The position numbers and the translations under genes are program-made. A DNA stretch of 64,000 nucleotides from Bacteroidetes bacterium GWA2_40_15 (GTDB taxonomy: Bacteria; Bacteroidota; Bacteroidia; Bacteroidales; VadinHA17). Where the stretch lies: the NCBI GenBank assembly GCA_001768195.1, contig MENI01000052.1:235-64234 (forward strand), in the 5' to 3' direction. The notes beneath the pieces were generated by a model that had not been told where the DNA came from, did not search any database, and saw nothing but the letters and a program-made list of their open reading frames with translations. Positions 59,321 through 64,000 of the stretch are shown here, in pieces (positions within the stretch are counted from its first letter, which is position 1; each line of letters starts with the position of its first letter).

Positions 59321-60295
59321 ATGAAGTTTTCTATTTTCCGCTTTCTTATCCTTCTTGTATTTACATTACTGGTTTCGCTTAAGGCTAATGGTATTTTCCG
59401 TGTTCAGTCAGAAAGTATAAACCAGGATTCTGCTGCATTTATTTCACCTTACGAAGAGGATAACCAGCGATGCTTTGTATGTCATGGCCAGTCAAAGTAC
59501 ACCTATAAAAATGAAACTCTTGGCAGAGATATAAAAGCTCTTATGTTCAGTGAAAGGATCATCCGGAAAGATGAATATTATCAATCGAACCACAAAAGTT
59601 TCAGCTGTACCGATTGCCACTCTTCAGAATATGCGAATTTCCCTCACGCCGGAGAACTAAGAATGGAACCCAGGCTGAATTGCATCGACTGTCATGGAGG
59701 TGATGAGACATATCATTTTGATGGTATTGAGGAAGAGTACAAACAGAGTACTCATTTTAAACTTGAGGAAGAGGGATTTTCCTGCTGGGAATGTCATGAT
59801 CCTCATACCTATAAGATAAGTAAGAGAACCAGCCAGAATCTTAAAGAGACGATAGCTTATGATAATGCCATCTGCCTTAACTGCCATTCAGACTTCGACA
59901 GGTTCGAACTGCTCACTGACCATGAGGAGATAAATATTCTGAAAAAACATGACTGGCTTCCCAACCAGTCTGCCCATATGGCGAGTGTAAGATGTATAGA
60001 GTGTCATACACAGATAAATGAAAACCTGCCTGTTGCACATCTTATCAAACCAAAAACCGAGGCAGTAAAACGCTGTAACGAATGTCATTCGCAGAATTCT
60101 ATGCTGATGGCTTCACTCTATAAGTTTGAATCTAAGGAAAAACGTAAAGATGGTTTCTTTAACGGAATAATTCTCAACCAGTCGTATGTGATCGGAGCTA
60201 ACAGGAATGAATACCTAAATTTCATGAGCCTAATCATATTCGGTGGTATTCTTGCAGTTATAGGAATTCATGTCTTTTTCAGAATCAATAAATAA
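59321..60295 (+). CDS. Heptaheme cytochrome c with C-terminal membrane anchor
   Basis: Seven CxxCH motifs (CFVCH, CTDCH, CIDCH, CWECH, CLNCH, CIECH, CNECH); signal peptide; C-terminal TM helix. Confidence 0.9.
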   Translation: MKFSIFRFLILLVFTLLVSLKANGIFRVQSESINQDSAAFISPYEEDNQRCFVCHGQSKYTYKNETLGRDIKALMFSERIIRKDEYYQSNHKSFSCTDCHSSEYANFPHAGELRMEPRLNCIDCHGGDETYHFDGIEEEYKQSTHFKLEEEGFSCWECHDPHTYKISKRTSQNLKETIAYDNAICLNCHSDFDRFELLTDHEEINILKKHDWLPNQSAHMASVRCIECHTQINENLPVAHLIKPKTEAVKRCNECHSQNSMLMASLYKFESKEKRKDGFFNGIILNQSYVIGANRNEYLNFMSLIIFGGILAVIGIHVFFRINK

Positions 60296-60320
60296 AATCT
60301 AATATTTCAAAGGAAGCAAA

Positions 60321-60953
60321 ATGTACCTTTACCCAAAATGGATCAGAGCCTGGCATATTCTGAATTCAATCCTGTTCATAATACTTATTGTTACCGGATT
60401 GAGCATGCAATATACCGGTAAGAAGGATTATGTTCTGGTGGTCGGATTTGAAGAGGCAGTCAGATGGCACAATATATCGGCCATTATTCTGACTATCAAT
60501 TACATCTTTTTTGTGGCAGGAAATCTTTTTACCAGGAACGGAAGATATTACAGGGTTAAGAGGGAACACTTTTTTTCTGATCTTTTCAAGCAGCTGAAAT
60601 ATTATTCATGGGGAATGTTCCATGGCGAAAAGCACCCGTTTCCTGTAACAATGGAGAGAAAATTTAATCCGCTCCAGAAGCTTTCTTATATACTTGCCAT
60701 GTATGTAGCTTTACCGCTTATCATAATTTCAGGATTAGGTCTCCTTTTTCCTGAGATAGTTGTTAAAGGTTTGATGGGTGTGAGCGGAATGCTTCTAACC
60801 GACCTGCTTCATATTACTATGGGATTTTTTCTGTCAGTTTTCATGATTATTCATGTTTATACATGTACTCTGGGTAAAAGACCAGAATCACTATTCAGGG
60901 GAATGATAACAGGATATCATGCCACGGAAGATCATTATGACCTTGAGGATTAA
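60321..60953 (+). CDS. Di-heme cytochrome b (HydC/FdnI/PhsC-like)
   Basis: RAWHILN, RWHN, FNPLQKLSY, LLH and IIHVY motifs; four TM helices. Confidence 0.9.
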   Translation: MYLYPKWIRAWHILNSILFIILIVTGLSMQYTGKKDYVLVVGFEEAVRWHNISAIILTINYIFFVAGNLFTRNGRYYRVKREHFFSDLFKQLKYYSWGMFHGEKHPFPVTMERKFNPLQKLSYILAMYVALPLIIISGLGLLFPEIVVKGLMGVSGMLLTDLLHITMGFFLSVFMIIHVYTCTLGKRPESLFRGMITGYHATEDHYDLED

Positions 60954-61011
60954 TAAAGCTTCTGTTTAATAAGCTCCCGTTAATTAGTTTGAATAAAGAA
61001 ATTTGAACGAA

Positions 61012-61971
61012 ATGGAAAAGAATGAAAACAGCAAATCATCGAGACGGAATTTTCTCAGGAATGTAGGTATCGGAGTTGGAGCAGTATCTGTCACAGGTGT
61101 TGCCGGAGCAAATCTACTGAGCCGAAATGAGGCAAGCACCAAATCAGGTAAAATGGTTAAGCTGCTTTCACCCGACGGCAGCCTTGTTGAAGTTGACCAG
61201 AGTGATATTAAACCCGCAAAGGAAATCCAGTCTGAGGTTAAAAGTGCAGCAAAGTCAGGACTTCCCAACAGGAAGTTCGCTATGGTTGTTGACCTCTCAA
61301 AATGTGCAAATGCACGTGCCTGTGTCGACGCCTGTCAGGAGGGACACCTTTTGCCAAAAGATCATGAATGGATGAAGATATACATGCTTCAGGATGATAA
61401 TCTTACCGCCAAATACTGGTTTCCGAGGCCCTGTTTCCACTGCGACAAACCAATGTGTGTAAGCGTATGTCCGGTAGGTGCAACTTATAAACGGCCTGAT
61501 GGTATTGTCCTGGTTGATAACCAACGCTGCATAGGCTGTAAATTCTGTATGACTGGATGCCCTTATTCAGCAAGGGTCTTTAACTGGAAAGATCCTGAAG
61601 TTGAGGTTCCGGAAGGTCATGTTTATGACCCTGAAACAAATATCCCGCCTGTTGAGGGCACGGTAGGCAAATGTGTATTCTGTGCTGATAAGCTGCGTAA
61701 CGGAGAACTTCCCCGTTGCGTATCGGCATGCCCCATGGGAGTTCTCTATTTCGGTGATCTTCTGGAAGATACTGTTACAAATGGTGTTGAGACGGTACGA
61801 TTCAGCAAACTTATGACCGACAGGGCCGGTTACAGGTACAAGGAAGAGCTGGGTACTTTACCATGCGTCTATTATCTGCCTCCTTCAAACAGGGAGTTCC
61901 CTGTTGAGACCGGATTGGATGGAGTTGATGAGTCAATATCCGGTAGGTACAGGAATGTTGGACCGCGTTAG
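61012..61971 (+). CDS. Tat-exported 4Fe-4S dicluster protein (NrfC/DmsB-like)
   Basis: SRRNFL; CANARACVDAC, CFHC..CVSVCP, CIGCKFCMTGCP and CVFC..CVSACP. Confidence 0.92.
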   Translation: MEKNENSKSSRRNFLRNVGIGVGAVSVTGVAGANLLSRNEASTKSGKMVKLLSPDGSLVEVDQSDIKPAKEIQSEVKSAAKSGLPNRKFAMVVDLSKCANARACVDACQEGHLLPKDHEWMKIYMLQDDNLTAKYWFPRPCFHCDKPMCVSVCPVGATYKRPDGIVLVDNQRCIGCKFCMTGCPYSARVFNWKDPEVEVPEGHVYDPETNIPPVEGTVGKCVFCADKLRNGELPRCVSACPMGVLYFGDLLEDTVTNGVETVRFSKLMTDRAGYRYKEELGTLPCVYYLPPSNREFPVETGLDGVDESISGRYRNVGPR

Positions 61972-61994
61972 TATTTACTCACCTAATCTGAAAC

Positions 61995-63305
61995 ATGATG
62001 GAAACCGACAAAAAGCTGATAGCAGATCTCACTCCGGAAATTGAGACTACAAGTATAAAATGGTATATAACATTCTTTGTCTTGCTGGCTGTTTTTGTTG
62101 TTGGGATATATGGACTTATACAACAGATCGACAAGGGACATATTGTAACAGGTATGCGCGACAATGTAGTCTGGGGCTTCTATATTGTGAACTTCATATT
62201 TTTTATGGGACTCAGCTATTCGGGAGCTCTCATTTCGGGGGTGCTTCATCTGTTTCATACATCCTGGAGAAAACCTATCATAAGGATGGCTGAACTTATA
62301 ACAGTCATATCCCTTATAATCGGCCCCTTCTTTATCTTCTTCTGTATCGGGCGTCTCGACAGGCTTCATTTCCTCTTCATTCATCCACGGATACAGTCTC
62401 CGATTACCTGGGACGTAATAGCTATCCTTACTGACCTCTTCGGATGTTTTATATATCTGTATCTTTCTTTTATTGAAGATTTTGCCATACTTCGGGACTA
62501 TCCCTACCTCAATGTTGCTCCATGGAAGAAGAAACTTTATCGGATATTGTCACTTGGTTTCACCGGAACTGAAAAGCAGAGAAAGATCCTTGCAAATGCA
62601 CGGACTGTCATGGCAGCAATGATTATTGCAATAGCAATTATAGTTTACTCGGTACTCGCGTGGATCTTTGGTGTTACTCTCCAGCCCGGATGGCATTCAA
62701 CAATTTTCGGACCCTATTTTGTGATTGCTGCTGTCTTTTCCGGTACCGGATTACTGATTATTCTGATGTGGATTTTCAGAAGAGTATATCATCTGGAGGA
62801 GTATATTACAAAACGTCATTTTGTTAATGTCGGTGTGCTACTGACAATAATAGCGGCTTTCTACGGTTATTTCACCTTCAGCGATTACCTTACGAAATGG
62901 TATGGATCAATAAAAATGGACTCCATTCTTATTGACAGGCTGTTCACTGATTATTATTCAATGTTCATTTTTGCCAACTATGTGGGAATCCTTCTTCCGG
63001 GCATAATAATTGCATTTCCGAAATTCCGCTCAATTCCCAGTATCACCGTTGCGGCCATGATTGCACTTACTGCACTCTGGGTGAACCGTTATATAATTGT
63101 TATCCCTACTCTTGAAACTCCATTTCTTCCAATTCAGGATATACGGCCCGACTGGATAAGCTATTCACCAACATGGGTAGAATGGTCTCTGACACTGGCT
63201 GGAGTGTCAGTATTTGTGATGCTCTTTATGCTGATCTCAAAAATTGCTCCTATCATTTCGATTTCCGAAATGCAGGAGGAGGATAAAACAGAAATTTTGC
63301 ATTAA
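61995..63305 (+). CDS. NrfD/PsrC family integral membrane quinol-interacting subunit
   Basis: WGFYIVNFIFF, IRMAE, GRLDR, SPITWD, WHSTIFGPYFV, RYIIVIP and YSPTWVE motifs. Confidence 0.92.
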   Translation: MMETDKKLIADLTPEIETTSIKWYITFFVLLAVFVVGIYGLIQQIDKGHIVTGMRDNVVWGFYIVNFIFFMGLSYSGALISGVLHLFHTSWRKPIIRMAELITVISLIIGPFFIFFCIGRLDRLHFLFIHPRIQSPITWDVIAILTDLFGCFIYLYLSFIEDFAILRDYPYLNVAPWKKKLYRILSLGFTGTEKQRKILANARTVMAAMIIAIAIIVYSVLAWIFGVTLQPGWHSTIFGPYFVIAAVFSGTGLLIILMWIFRRVYHLEEYITKRHFVNVGVLLTIIAAFYGYFTFSDYLTKWYGSIKMDSILIDRLFTDYYSMFIFANYVGILLPGIIIAFPKFRSIPSITVAAMIALTALWVNRYIIVIPTLETPFLPIQDIRPDWISYSPTWVEWSLTLAGVSVFVMLFMLISKIAPIISISEMQEEDKTEILH

Positions 63306-63316
63306 TTGATTTATCA

Positions 63317-63916
63317 ATGACTGACATTATGAGAAGAGCATTAAAAGCAACGGTGATCCTGGTATTTCTTCTGTTCCCTGCCGCAAGTGTTCATTCACAG
63401 GATGAAGCCACAGATAATACTTTTCAGGATGTGGTACTCAAAATGACTCTTGAAGAAGTTGACAGTATTAAAACTGTAACAGTTGCGGCGCATACTTTAG
63501 AAAATGGCGAAGAAGTACCTGTTAGCGGTGAAACTGTAAGTGTATTTGTTCCAAGGATGTTCAGCAATCTCACTATCGGAGAGCTCACTCTCGATGATGC
63601 AGGTACTGCAAGTATTGAGTTTCCTTCCGATCTGCCCGGCGGGAAGGAAGGTAACCTGACAATTGTGGCAGCATTCATTGACAATTCACTGTTTGGAAAT
63701 GTTGAGAAGCGTGAAACAGTACACTGGGGAATACCTACAGACTATCTGCCTTCAAGCCACCGGGCTCTCTGGACACATAAAGCACCAACCTGGATGATAT
63801 ATACATTATCTGTGCTCCTTGCCGGTGTTTGGGGGCATTATCTCTTTGCGATAATAAGCCTGATCAGGATTAAGATTGATGCAGTCAGGAAAGCCAGGAA
63901 AGACTACAGGGTCTGA
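63317..63916 (+). CDS. Hypothetical exported protein with C-terminal TM anchor
   Basis: Signal peptide, Ig-like middle (FPSDLPG), C-terminal helix VWGHY. Confidence 0.75.
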   Translation: MTDIMRRALKATVILVFLLFPAASVHSQDEATDNTFQDVVLKMTLEEVDSIKTVTVAAHTLENGEEVPVSGETVSVFVPRMFSNLTIGELTLDDAGTASIEFPSDLPGGKEGNLTIVAAFIDNSLFGNVEKRETVHWGIPTDYLPSSHRALWTHKAPTWMIYTLSVLLAGVWGHYLFAIISLIRIKIDAVRKARKDYRV

Positions 63917-63928
63917 TGAACCTTTATG

Positions 63929-63962
63929 AGGCTGTCCCTATCTGGGAAGCCCCTGTTTTTTT
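63929..63962 (+). terminator. Possible intrinsic terminator
   Basis: ggctgtccc-tatct-gggaagcc imperfect stem followed by a T run. Confidence 0.4.
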
Positions 63963-64000
63963 GTCTTAAACTGTCAATATTGTAATCTTCAAATATGATG

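Overview
AT-rich (~40% GC by eye) chromosomal window from a Bacteroidota, most likely an anaerobic Bacteroidales (porQ-cmk-ispH-pfkA synteny, TAnnTTTG promoters). Positions 1-44 kb are a long run of sugar-catabolic and hydrolase genes without a SusC/SusD pair: Gfo/Idh/MocA oxidoreductases, TIM-barrel isomerases, GH88/105-, GH106- and GH109-like enzymes, esterases, DUF4838/DUF4091/DUF5107. Positions 45-51 kb are housekeeping genes, 51-58 kb an etfBA-FadF-like-acyl-CoA dehydrogenase operon, and 58-64 kb a respiratory cluster (monoheme lipoprotein, beta-barrel, heptaheme cytochrome c, cytochrome b, NrfC/NrfD-like pair). The strongest unexplained signal is intergenic. A GxxExxY (PD-(D/E)XK-like) gene sits inside the etf operon between 27-bp inverted repeats built from tandem CRCAAAG-like units, and at least six gene-less copies of the same ends are scattered through the window. 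Several of these are wrapped in a second, unrelated pair of inverted repeats. At least four other palindromic repeat families are present (some nested in one another), plus several short gene remnants. No rRNA, tRNA, CRISPR array or DDE transposase was seen. All family calls come from motif recognition by eye, not database searches.
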